Assembly (NCBI RefSeq): GCF_000143415.4
Contig: NW_003314297.1
Span: 744,001 to 808,000 of the forward strand
Direction of reading: 5' to 3'
Source: Selaginella moellendorffii
Lineage: Eukaryota > Plantae > Lycopodiophyta
Length of the DNA stretch: 64,000 nt
Shown: one piece after another, positions 23,490 through 35,979 of the stretch
How the letters are laid out: each line of letters begins with the position of its first letter
Numbering within the stretch: position 1 is the first letter of the stretch
Notes under the pieces: generated by a model
What the model was told of the DNA's origin: nothing
The model's database searches: none
What the model saw: only the letters and a program-made list of their open reading frames with translations
Translations under genes and position numbers: made by a program

Positions 23490-24012
23490 TTTGTGTCATT
23501 CCCAACTTCACTGATAACCTGGACAATAACAGCGCGTGGTTATAGTAAGGGTGTCGCTACTCTCGTCTGAAGGTGGGGATCTTTGCCATAATCGGCATCT
23601 CTGTCACCCAGGACCTCAAATCCTCCTGGCGGAAATAGTTACTGTTTTCTCGTACTCAGGCACCCAGTCCATCCCATAAGACATCCCAATCTCTGTAAGC
23701 AAGCACGCGTACCCTTATCAGTGCCATCTTCACCAATAATGACATTCATGGCCGATATTACTTGTGCAACGGGAGTTGTCTTACTATCCCGTGGAAGAAC
23801 CAAAGACTTTGTATACGTACCCAAGATCAACCTCGCAGACTCCCAATCTTGCCAATGTGTGTGCCTCATCAAGGTACACTCCAACAGTTTTAGAAGACAT
23901 CCAGAGAGAAAAATACCTTGTAGGCTTTGCAGACTTGCACTATCTCTTTTAATCTGCAAATTTCACCCTCCATGCTGTAAATATCTTCGATGACAACAAT
24001 TATCTTTTTCCA
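23490..24012 (-). pseudogene. Decayed inverted copy of the LCB2 3' half
   Basis: [19 protein letters not shown] and the [15 protein letters not shown] region match 34150-35080 in reverse complement; multiple deletions. Confidence 0.88.
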
Positions 24013-25294
24013 AGGCCGATGTAGAACTGAGGGAATATTCCATTTGCCGCCACGTCAGTATTAGGGTCACGACCATTGGGGACACTTAAGGGGAAAAAAC
24101 AGGGGATCATTGGTATGTGAGGAAGTGAAGAAGAGAATAAAGGAAAAAGGATGCCTCGACGAAGAGGTCTTCGGCGAAGTGCCCTTGATTGTGTGAACGA
24201 GCGACTTCGGATACGACGAGNNNNNNNNNNNNNNNNNNNNNNNNNNNNNNNNNNNNNNNNNNNNNNNNNNNNNNNNNNNNNNNNNNNNNNNNNNNNNNNN
24301 NNNNNNNNNNNNNNNNNNNNAAACCATTGCATCTGATTTGCCAATGAATCGAGGCCTTCAGCTCTACATGGAGTGGATGTAGTTCTTGCAAAACAAATAT
24401 GAACAAAATAGCAATAAAATTTTAAATTGAGTTAAAATCGTCATATGTTAAGTGCAAAACTAGATTTTAAATAGAAGAAGGTCACAAGAAGAAGGGAGAT
24501 AAGTACTCAGCAGTATTTATGGGTTGGTGGTAGATGGTAGAAAATGAATATTTGTTGGTACACTCCTTCCACACCCTTCAGCAACTCTGATAAAACCATA
24601 GTGTATCAGTAATAGTAGGAAAAAAAAACAGGGGGGGGGGGACCAAAACCACTATTGCTGATTTGTCTATTTGCAAAAATAATCAAAGTAAAATTTGGGT
24701 AAGATCCAATGATCTTAAAGGGAAAAAAAATGACTATAACAAAGACAGGAATAAATCTCACTCTGAAACATTCTTGTTCTGATGAGGCTTGCTTTTGGAG
24801 AGAACAACATGGAGTTTAGAGATGACAGAAAAATTACTTTCTTCATTTGCCATTATAGATCCCTTGGAATGATATGTTTTTGCGGTCTTCAGCTTTCGTC
24901 AGTGGCTGGACCCGCATCGTTTCTTGGACAGCAGACTCCACGTCTCTCGGACCTCTGGTATTCAGCCAAAGCTTGGAAACGGGAATGTCACTGACGAAAA
25001 CCCGAGCACTAGAGCCTGGACATGGCATCAGCAAAACGCAAGAGAGACAAACCCTAGTCAGAAATCTCGCTACAATACAAGCTTGCAGTGATTTTCTGAC
25101 AAGCTCAATGACTCAAAAAACAAAAGAGATCTCAAATCATGGCTTTACTAAAACAAGAGTTGATAGCAAAGTTTACAAAAAAAGTGCCACCTGCACAAAA
25201 AAAAATAAAATGAAAAATAGCAAACAAAGAAAAGCAGATTAGAATGCTTACCCTGCTTTTTCTGTGCAAGGAGGTCATGATAGAAAATGGTGGT

Positions 25295-25990
25295 TTAGCC
25301 ATTAGCCAGTAACTTTTGGAGACTTGTTAGAATCTCTCTTTGCACAGCTTTTATGCAGGAGAGGTCCTTCTTCAGCTTAACCACTCGTTTATGAAGATTC
25401 ATATTTTTTGCCTGCAAATCCATATTTTTTACTTCAAAGAGGTCAATTTTTGCTTGAAGGATATTGACTTGCTCCTGTAGCCTCTTATTGTTGGCTTTCA
25501 GCCGGATATTTTCAAGCACTTGTCCCTGCCATTTCTTTCTCCCCTTGTCAATCTGACAACTCAGTCTCACCTATGTGCTTTGTTGAGTTGCAATTACTTT
25601 ATAAAATAAAATCCATGAGAAAAACTGTTTAGAAAAAACACAAAAGAGAAGAAATACCTTTCCAAGTTTTCTTTTTGGTCTGCTAATTCCACTGCAATAT
25701 ACTCTATTGCTGTAGCATGCTGAGTTGTTGCGTCATGGAAGCAATCCTTCCTTAAGAAAATTTCCCTGAGCATAACAAAGATTTCTGAGAAAAATTTCTG
25801 AAACAATAAAGAATCCTTACTTGTTTTCTTTATCCTCAGGGAGGATGTGAAGAGACTCCTCCCCAGAATAAACATTAAACACCGTCCCTCCAACTAGCTT
25901 GATGTCTTGCTCGCTCTGTAGCATCTCCTCAAGGGAGTGTTGCTCCACCGCATGATATGTGCTCTGGTAAACTCCGACCATCGCTATCGC
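25295..25990 (-). pseudogene. Decayed gene with coiled-coil last exon, unidentified
   Basis: Heptad-rich ENIRLKANNKRLQEQVNILQAKIDL segment; upstream exon-like pieces with stops. Confidence 0.2.
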
Positions 25991-26079
25991 CACAAATCAC
26001 CACAAACCAAGAACCCTAAATATCAAAAAGGGAAATACCCTTAAAGGGCTACCAAGAGATTAGCTGCCAAGATAAAGTA

Positions 26080-29000
26080 GCAACAAGAATAAAGAGCTCC
26101 TTAACTACATGATGTTCTGGAGGTGGTGTCTTGCTTCTAAAGACTTGGGTGTTTCCCAATTGCTATTTCTCATCACTTGCCCAAGCCTGTAGAGTTTGAG
26201 CAAGGAGAGCCAAACCAAGTAGTGTCGTTGCAGGGAGCTTTCTTCCCCACCAGACCTTGATGAGGAAGCTTAGGGTGAGTACCAATCATCTCCACGACCA
26301 GCCCCTCCTCCACCCATCTCAGTTTCTACTCCTGGCAGATCAGGAGGTGGACCACCACCACCCCACCACCACTGCCGATTCCTCCTCTGTCAGGAAGGCA
26401 TTTTACATGCATGAGGTATCCTTCTTTTTCACCCATCATGGGCCATGATGTGGATGCACATCTCAATTCCTTTGAGACTGTTGGCATTGCCAACCAAGAA
26501 GCTGATGAAACCAATTGTCTTCATTCCCTGCTACACTCCAAGATGCTGCTCTTCTCCAAGCACAACATTCTGCCCCCACCAGTATCATGACTTAGGATCT
26601 GCTTCACTCAGCTTTTCTTGCTGCTTTCCAACTTGTGGGATTCACACAGCAAGTTAGTGGGGAACTTAACTACATTCGATTGCTACCAAATGAAAGCTTA
26701 CAAAGTTTCATCATCTGGTTTTAGTGACTAGTCACTAAAAAGCACCCTCCTCCCAGTGAAGAGGATCAGGTTCGCTTCTTCACAAATGGCCTGCCTCCTG
26801 AATTGGCTTTCTTAAAGAAGAGCTAGACTCCCACAACACTCACTAAGGCTATTTCCACAGCTTCCAGTTGGGAGCAAGCTGGCCTGAGCATGGCTTGCTT
26901 CCAGCAGCCTTTCTACTCCATTCGTTTAGTGCTTGGCAGTCCTCTAGTGATCCCACCAATCTTTCCATCCCTACAAACATTAGCAATGTCACAAGCATAT
27001 CCTTTACTCACTGATCTAATGAGCTTACTTGGGCATTTGCTGGGATAATGTCCATATCCCTTGCAATGAGTACACCACGGTCAGTAGCATGCTGAGGTGG
27101 TGTTTCGACTCATCGAATCTAGTTAAACTAAACTTTGGACATTTTCTTGGCAAGTGTTTCCAAGTCATCACATACTTTAGAGATATTTTGCAATTGTGGC
27201 AGAGTTGAAGAGGAAGTCACTACGGCAGGAAGTACATGCTACTGGAGGTAGTTGTAATCAACAATTCCAGGTACCAGCTATATCCTTCATTTATTAATCC
27301 TAGAACCATCAATTACAGCAGCATGTACTTCTTACCATGGTGACTTCCTCTTCAACTCTACCATAGTTGCAAGAAATCTCCAAAGTATGTGATGACTTGG
27401 AAATACTTGCTAAGAAAATGTCCAAACTTTAACTTAACTAGATTTGAGGAGTCCAGACATTACCTCAACCTATTACTGACCGTGAGAACATCTGGTGAAC
27501 TTGTTGTAAGGGATATGGACATTATCCCAGCGAATGCCCAAGTCCTGCACCAGCTCAAGTTAAGTGCCAGCACTGCAGACAAAACAATCACATATCAGAG
27601 CACTGCATATATAAACCTGGTACCTCATCTCAGCCAGCTTCTTGCATGCCTACTGGTCCCAGCTACCATGTCTAGCCCCAACTCCTTCAAGATCCATCAC
27701 CACCCCTGGTTCTACAAGGTTATTCGCCAGATCTAGTACCCATTTATGCAAATGTCCAATCATCTGCTTTCGTTGCCAACAGCCTGGCCTCATTGCTCTT
27801 GAGTGTCCGAATGCACAAGCACCAGTCAAGTACCAGCCCATCTGCAGCATCTGTAACATGTAAGGCCTCCATACCCAAGACAACTACCCTCACGATCTTC
27901 ATTGCGATCCAGGCAGCCAAAGTGATCCTCCATGGCATTCCCTTGCTCCAAGAAATAGTCCAATGATTGACACACAAACACTAGTTGTCCAGCTCTGCTA
28001 TGGCAATTCCTGCCCTGGCCATGGCCCATGCAGCTGAGCAACAGTGCCCAATTCTTCTCTATGGCACTTATATGCCAAACACGGCATCCAGCTCCAACAC
28101 CACAGCCCACCCATGACCAGGAATTCCAGGTTCCAAGCACTTACCCTAAAACAGCTAGATGCAGTTTGAAACACATGCCATCACGATGCCCACCCTCAAC
28201 GCCACTGCCCTGTTTTGAGGCAATCCCTGCATCAGCAGTAAGCACTCAAGCCATTTTGGCCACTTGCATTTCTCTCCATTCCTCCCTACACATTCTCTAG
28301 CACTAAGTTCCTCCTGCTTTGCCATCCACATTGGTGGCCACTTCTGTGAGCCCTAAAGTGGCAGGAGCCACCTTTCCTTGGGACTTGAGGCATTGTCCTT
28401 GTTATCACTTCCTGCTGTAAGTACTCCTCTAGCTTCTTCAGAGCAGGATGACTTGCCTTTACCCTTCCACAATGCAGCTTTGGACAGCAAGCCATTTTCC
28501 AGCATGCTTAATCCAATTGCACGAGAGGGTGATAACTGGGATTTAGAAGTAGTGAAGAAAGCCTTAATTGAAAATGCTCTTCAACACTTTAAAATAAAGT
28601 TGCTTTCTGCCAACCATGGGAAAGTAAAACAGGATAGGTCTCTTGAAGAGACACTAAGAAAGTAATTTTCATCTTCTCTCATGGCCTATCATCCAGCTCA
28701 ACAAGCTGATGCAATCAAATATGCTCCTCTTTTGAACTTTAAAAAATTTGCTTCTCAAGAGCAAGAGTTTCTTTGTGAGAGCCAACCAATGCAAAGGCCA
28801 AGCATTCTTGCATCTCCAGCTTTCAACACTTTGTTTTAGCTTTGAAATTTCCAAAAGTAAATTATTGATAATTAGCTAAACAAGTCGCCACCAGTTCCCC
28901 GAGTGTGGACAATTATGTAAATCCCCTAGAATATTCTTCACAGCTGCCACGTGGTGGATGGTCAAAGTCAAGAGTAATTTGCAAACCCTGAGAGACTATA

Positions 29001-29100
29001 AGATGGATTAACAATAGGAATAAAGAGCATATAATGTTCTGGAGGGAGTGAGACTTAGTGTTTCACTTCTAATGATTTGGGTGTTTCTTAGTTGTCATCC
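26080..29100 (+). mobile_element. Degenerate LTR retrotransposon (gag relic between two diverged LTR-like direct repeats)
   Basis: AATAAAGAGC..ATGTTCTGGAGG..CTTCTAA.GA.TTGGGTGTTTC at ~26088-26156 and ~29019-29087; gag-like QVRFFTNGLPPELAFL..PTTLTKAISTA and zinc knuckle CFRCQQPGLIALECP. Confidence 0.65.
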
Positions 29101-29369
29101 AGGCAGTGTACCTCCATACCTTTCAATATCGTGCCACATGAACCTTGATGAGTTTGCCTTCTTCAACCATCCTTGCCAAGGAGTGCAGTTAGATTGATCA
29201 AATTGGAGCTTTTGACATGAATTCCTGTCCTCAATCTGTATTTGTGGAAACGAAATGCTTTAACTCCAAACAGGATACCTCTCTTGCAGCTGTTCCAACC
29301 TGCGATGTCATCTAGCATTCCTGCTGGCAGTTCCAGGATTACACGATAGCCCGATCCCGAGATTTTTTT

Positions 29370-30900
29370 TACCATGAGTTGGACAGAGGTTGAGAAAATT
29401 CTCCTCGGATCACGCTAATCAAGGCTGGGCCACAGCGCCATCAACGCTGGATGGCCGCAAAGAATTCTCGTGCGCTCGGATTAGGGTTGATCAAGCTGCC
29501 CGCAGCTCCGATGCTGCCCTCGCCGGGGATGACTCCAATCCATTCGTGGCCAACACGCTACTCCAAGTGTGGTGCCCTCGCACCGTCTTCGACAAGATGC
29601 CCCAGCGCGGCATCGACGTTGCACGGACGGTGGCCATGGCGACATGGTCCTGGAGCTCAAATGCAGGCTGACGGCTGGCAGCCCAATGCTCAAACTTTCA
29701 TCGCCGCGCTCAAGGCTTGCTCCAGCATCGCTGCAAAGGAGGAGGCCCAGCACGAGCTCGCTCCACAAAGGTATGGCTCTTCACGCGAAAGCTTCCAAGT
29801 GTGGGTTTGACACTGATGGTTTCGTGGCTAGCATGTATATCGAGTGTGGGATCGCGAGGGTTTTGGAGGGGTCAAACACCGGGACAAGGTCTCCTGGACG
29901 TTGCTCACGACCAGATATGTTGAGAACAAGCAGATGGAGATGGCCTTGGATTTGCTTGCTCAGATGGAAGCTGGAAGCCGACGCTGTGAATTTCGTGATT
30001 GCGTTAAACACTTGCGGCAGCTTGGCAGCCAGGAGACAATTCTAGCCGGAGATGGGAGCTCTGGAAAGAGGCAGGGACGTCCATGCTCGAGCTGCGAGTC
30101 TTTCATTCGACTGCGTCCGGGTGAGGAACAGTTTGGGAAGCATGGTCATCGACAGCCCATACCGCCTACACGGAGCAGGTCCTTTGATGGGATGCCGTGC
30201 CCTCTTGGACTTCTATGATGTTCGGCTATACCGATAGTGGACAGGAGAGCTAGCTTTGGCAAACCAGACGAGAAACTTCCAGTTGCCTTTGACGAGTGTC
30301 GCCGTGAGAGAACAAGCCCGAGAAAGCTCGTGAAGGTCGCTTCTTTGGAGAAAGCAAGAGTGATCCATTCGCAAGCGTAGAGCACTCGGACTTGTTCGTG
30401 GCCAGCCGCCTGGTAGACGTTTACACCAAGTGTGGGAGCATGGAAGAAGTTTTTGACGGTGCTCCTTGGGGAGATGTTGTGCACTCGCTCATCCTTGGCT
30501 ACACCGAGAAAGGCTAGGAAGAAACCAGCTTGAATCTCTTAGGATGCAATGCTGATACGCCCAGTTTTCTTGCTGCTCTCGCCACATGTGCCGGCCTCGA
30601 AATAAAAAGATCGTTGGGAAGCTAGTCAAGCTGCAAAGTCTTGAAAACACCATACTAGAAGCCTGGTTTAGGGTTTAGGGTTTAGGGTTTAGGGTTCAAG
30701 TTTGACACTGACACCTTCTTAGCAAACACGCTGATGGACGTCTACGTAAAGTGTGGAAGTGTTATGGATGATTCTTGGCTGGATTTCAACACCATGCCTT
30801 ACCACAACGTTCTCTCTTGGACAGCCCTTCTCCTCGGCTATGCTGAAAACTGGGATTTTGCTCTCGCTCTGGAGCTCTTCTTGGGAGAGTGGGAGCCTGG
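29370..30900 (+). pseudogene. PLS-class pentatricopeptide-repeat (PPR) pseudogene
   Basis: FVANTLL..VFDKMPQR; PNAQTFIAALKAC; DKVSWTLL; FLANTLMDVYVKCGS..MPYHNVLSWTALLLGYAEN; many frameshifts. Confidence 0.85.
30667..30696 (+). repeat. Interstitial telomeric repeat (TTTAGGG)4
   Basis: Four perfect tandem TTTAGGG units inside the PPR relic. Confidence 0.9.
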
Positions 30901-32522
30901 ATGGTTAACTATTACTCGTTGATGGTTAACATTTTCGAAGGATACAAGCTGTCAATCCACTACATACATGACAGCATCTATGCAAAGCAATTCTCCAAGG
31001 AATTTTTCCTTGGTAAGGCATTGTTTGTTTACCAATATTTTTTTGCCTGGGCAAGAAAACAACCACAACCAACGTGGAAGCCAACCAATTACAAAACTAA
31101 TCGCCTTTTAGTATTTATGAAAGCTCAATATAATGGGAAAATATAACAAGTATTGTCTAGATTGAATACAGCTTATGGAGCACTGATTAGATGAGTTTTT
31201 TTTTCATCTTCTTCTTCTTCTTCTTTTTTTTTGTGCTTGTGAGACTAATTGGTTTGTTTAGATTATAGGCAACGATCCAAGCTCATGGAGCACTAATCCT
31301 GCTAGTCTAATGTTATGGAGCTCATAAAACGCTTAGTAGTGGCTTTTTTTTCATCTCTCCTCTCTTTTCATCCTAATTAACTGATTTGCTCAGCTTATGT
31401 ATAGATCAGGATGCTCTAATGGAAGCAAGTGCTCAAGCCCAGGTGCTTAGTTGGCCAATTTAGTGATTCAGTTTATCTCCTTGTTTCAGTTGTGGTTAGG
31501 GTCGTAAATGTGTGGTGAATCTAGCTCTAGGGGTCTCTAACCTCAATTAATTTGATAAATAATTTTTCATCATGCAATTCTAAATTGAATTTTTTCAATT
31601 TTGAATTTTAAGTGGAACAAAATCTCATGAATTCCACTTTCATAAACCATAATTTTAAATTTAAATTTTTGATAATATTTCTCTTTCATATATCTCATGA
31701 GAGATAAAATGCAATATTACAATCATAACACTGTTCAGAAGAAAAGTAAATTTAGTATGCTGAAGAAGCTCTACAAAAATAAATTTTTGAAGTGATAAAT
31801 GGTGGATTGTGCATTTGGTTTACTAAGAGGTTTGCATTGTTTTCAATTCTCTTCATCTTCTAAAATGAAGTTTTTTACAGGAAATTTCCAGATTCTTATG
31901 TCGAAAATCTGAATGCAACCAGATGTTGTCCTTAATATTGTTTACGCTTGCTACCTACTTCATAATTATCTCATTGACAGAGGAGATGTCATGGAAGACT
32001 AGATGGAAGAACTTCATCCTGATGATCATCACTATGATCACCACAATGAGTCCAAGGGTAAACTCATCCGAGAAACACTGCTTCAATACCTTATTCAATA
32101 GCCTAGAAAGGATAGGCACTGTCACTTAAATTTATAAGTAGATGAGCCATGGCACCAGAGCATCAGGTCCAGGAGCTCCACTTGATTGGAATGGTTGAGC
32201 TGGTGCAGATGCGGATGCATCAAATGATGCAGTGCCTTTAGGCCATCTCCCCTCCTTTTGTAGCACTGGAGCTTTGAAGGGAGAGAGATTGGTAGCTGCT
32301 CCCAGTATTTGTCTTTTTGATTCAAGCTAGCTCAAAAAAATGTTTAGATGAACAGAAGAGGAGCAAACCCCGGCCTCCCTCTCACAACTCTTAACCTTAC
32401 TAAAGCTCCTCGAGTTATTGAGGTAGGCACCAATCTCATCCAAGGTGCTCTTACTCCAGCAAGATCAATACCTCTGTTGTGTTTACAATCAGAAAAGAAA
32501 AGTCTAAACATCTTGTGAGTTA

Positions 32523-32990
32523 AGCTCTTTGTCAGGTGGTTCCTATTTTGACGAGGAGATGTGGAATATCTGGAAGGACTTAGTGATATTTCACAGAGAG
32601 ATGGTGTATACAAGCTTGAAATCTTCCTCTTGGCTTCTTCTATGATGCAATCGCTTTTCTTCTTTTTTCTTCCATTCCATTTGGAACAGGCCTAGCTCCT
32701 CTTCAAGTTCGTCCGGGAGTGCGAGAGCCATCTCCAGTCCATCTTCCCGGCTGCGAGGAGACGGTGATCTATTCGCCAGCTTCCATAGATCCGGCTAAAG
32801 TGAGAGACTCATCACAAGCAGAGCAGCAGCGAAGGAGGAAGAAGTGATATCGGGGGCGCGATGGAGAGAGAGAGGATGGAAATATGGAAGGGATTTACAG
32901 GAGCGTGGCAGCGCTCCACACTTCGCAAAGGCAGCTCGACCTCTTCAATCGCGACGTCAAATCTGGACCGTTGGTGTTTATAGGGTTCTT
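32523..32990 (+). pseudogene. Decayed copy of SPX exons 2-3 and 3' flank
   Basis: Same-strand match to ~22086-22937, including intron 2 (TTCCATTCCATTTGGAACAG) and CGTCAAATCTGGACCG..TAGGGTTCTT; many deletions. Confidence 0.88.
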
Positions 32991-33049
32991 TGATTAGGTC
33001 TACTCGTGCTCTGTTTCTCCATTTCGTTTATTTTCTTCGCGACTCGCCA

Positions 33050-35114
33050 ATGAGCACAGCGTCCATTCTCACGCTCTACTCCACCTACATCAGCTACGGC
33101 TTGCTCTTCGTGCTAGGTCATCTGCGCGATTTGTGCCGCTCGATCCACAGGGCATTCTTCGCGATCAAGGACGCGAATCCGCCGGTAAGCATTTCTTGAG
33201 GCCGATTTGAGCCGGATCCCTGGATTTCTCGCTTGCTCTACAGGGATATGCGCCATTGTGTCGGAGCTATGAAGATTTCTATGCCAGGCGCTTATACCAC
33301 AGGATCCAGGTAATATTTCGCTGGACTGGTCTTGGTTTTAGATTTCTTTTCTCTTTTGTGAAAGGATTGCTTCAATCGGCCCATTGCGAGCGCTCCAGAG
33401 TCGTGGATCGATGTGATTGAAAGGGAGTCTAGCGATAATAACAAGACTTTACAGTAGGTGATAACTTTTTGTGTTTGGTACTTAGAATTCTCGTGCTTTT
33501 GGAAGTTTCTTTTCGGGAGCTTCCCTGATCCTTGGATTTTATTTTTTTTGATAGTCGGCCCTTCAAGACACGGAGATGTCTCAACCTTGGCTCTTACAAC
33601 TACCTTGGATTTGCTGCCGCTGACGAGTACTGCACGCCCCGGGTGATCGAGTCTCTTGAAAAATATGGTGCTAGCACTTGTGCTAGCCGTGTTGATGGAG
33701 GTAAAATTTCCGTGTTTTTCCTTTCTAGAAAGTACCTAACTTTATGCATTGCAGGAACTACATCACTCCATGTAGAGCTAGAGGAGTTGGTTGCACGATT
33801 CGTTGGCAAACCGGATGCAATGGTTTACGGAATGGGTTTCGCGACCAACTCAACCACACTACCAGGCCTTATTGGCAAGGTATGCTTTTTCTTTGTGGAA
33901 TTTATGTCGCAAGCTTATGGCATGTGGTAGGGAGGACTAATCATCAGCGATTCTTTGAACCACGCATCTATTATATTTGGAGCGCGTAGTTCTGGCTCCA
34001 AAGTGAAAGTTTTCCAGCACAACTGTAAGCTGTTTTACGTTTGCGTTTCTCACTGAATGCTGATACGAATTTTCAGCACCCCAGCATCTCGAAGAGGTGC
34101 TACGGGAGAACATTGCTGAAGGGCAACCTCGGACTCATCGGCCTTGGAAAAAGATAATTGTTGTCGTCGAAGGGATTTACAGCATGGAGGGGGAGATTTG
34201 CAGATTAAAAGAGATAGTGCAAGTCTGCAAAGCCTACAAGGTATTTTTCTCTCTAAATGTCTTCTAAAAACTGTTGGAACAGGCATACGTGTACCTTGAT
34301 GAGGCACACAGTATAGGCGCCATTGGAAAGACTGGGAGAGGAGTCTGCGAGCACTTGGGCGTTGATCCTGCTGATATAGATGTGATGATGGGTACGTTCA
34401 CAAAGTCTTTTGGTTCTTCCGGGGGATACATTGCGGGATCTAAAGTAAGACAACTCTCTCCTGGTTATTGTGACTCATGGATGAGAATATCTTTGCAGGA
34501 CCTTATCGCATATTTGAAGAGCATTAGTCCTGGCCATATGTACGCAACCGCAATGTCACCTCCCGTTGCGCAACAAGTAATATCGGCCATGAAAGTCATA
34601 ATTGGTGAAGATGGCACTGATAGGGGTACGTCTGCTTGCTTACAGAGACTCAGATACCTTATGGAATGTTTCATTCAGGTGCCCGAAAGCTTGCTCAAGT
34701 ACGAGAAAACAGTAACTATTTCCGTCAGGAGCTACGGAAGATGGGATTTGAGGTCCTGGGTGACAGAGACTCTCCAGTTATGCCGATTATGCTTTACAAT
34801 CCAGCAAAGATCCCCGCCTTCAGTCGCGAGTGCCTCAGGCGAAATGTAAGTCCTTGCAACTTTGAAGCGGAAGTCCTGATTTTTCTTTCTGTTTTATAGG
34901 TGGCTGTTGTGACTGTGGCCTTTCCAGCGACACCCTTACTCCTAGCCCGAGCCAGGATATGTATTTCGGCGTCACACACCAAGGAAGACTTGGAGCAAGC
35001 ACTAGAGGTCCGTACGTGGTAAAATCCCTTCCGAGTCTATAACCACGTGCTGTTGTTGTCCAGGTTATCAGTGAAGTTGGGGACCTGGTTCACATCAAAT
35101 ACTTCAAACATTGA
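33050..35114 (+). CDS. LCB2: Serine palmitoyltransferase subunit 2 (long-chain base biosynthesis protein 2)
   Basis: [16 protein letters not shown]; [14 protein letters not shown]; MGFATNS; SDSLNHASI; [10 protein letters not shown]; PLP-lysine motif GTFTKSFG; [10 protein letters not shown]. Confidence 0.96.
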
Positions 35115-35164
35115 CACAAAAGTCCTTGCTTATGTACAAAACTGGAGACCGCAAACTTTCTCTT

Positions 35165-35746
35165 CTACTCGCTGTCTTGGGACGCTTTGTCCTCGGGAGC
35201 TGCAGTGCCAGTGTCGTCCTTTCTCAAGAGGTCATCTGCCTGGAGTGTGGCCTTGAGAGCCTCGGCGAGCTCGCGATCAAGCTCCTCTGCAAAGTTCATG
35301 TCGTCATCGTCATCCTAGTCGGGAATTCACAGGAGAAAATGCAAAGTTATCAGGAAAGAGGAACGATTTCACTGCTAGGTACCTCGTCCGCCTCGTCGAG
35401 CGCCTCCTTGGGCTGCTCGCTCGTTGTGTTGGCCGTCTCCAGTTGCTTCATGGCCTGTGTGTAAATGCTCTCCTCTACCTGGGGAATGAAAGAAACAAAG
35501 AACACGAAGAACACATTGGAATGGAAGTTGAATCTTCATACCTGTAAGTGGTGTAGCTGGTTGAGAATTTTTTGCTCGATTTGACACAGCCGCTCGGCCT
35601 CGTCTTCCAGAAGCCTGGTAACAGCAGCAAGAGAAACAAATGAAAGGCAAGAGATATTTAACTTACTTGAGCATATCAACTGGGCTCATGGAGTCCATAG
35701 GCCCGGTGCCCATGCTCTCCACGACTGCCTGCTCGGACTCCATCAT
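35165..35746 (-). CDS. 132-aa acidic coiled-coil protein, SNAPC5/SNAP19-like (exons 35746-35667, 35614-35542, 35478-35383, 35314-35165)
   Basis: Manually spliced with canonical GT-AG introns and consistent phases: MMESEQAVVESMGTGPMDSMSPVDMLKLLEDEAERLCQIEQKILNQLHHLQVEESIYTQAMKQLE...DDDDDMNFAEELDRELAEALK...QDSE*. Confidence 0.7.
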
Positions 35747-35979
35747 CTAGGGTTGCAGCCAAAGCAACTGCTAGGGCGCGCCACGTCATTTTATTTTTTC
35801 AATTTATCTTTCTTCCCAGTCTTGAGACCGTCGAAACAAAGAAATGAAGAGAAATGTAGTGTGGAAAAACTATACATATGAATCTAATGTAGTGTTTGAA
35901 AGCTCGCATTATTTCGTCCAGCCTCGACAGGTCAAGCACGCTGTGTTCCTGACGACCGTATCGACTTGTGAAGATGAAA

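Noticed and set aside
31850-32460. Possible Harbinger transposon or captured gene fragments
   Set aside because: Only faint resemblance; no DDE motif, TIR or TSD identifiable
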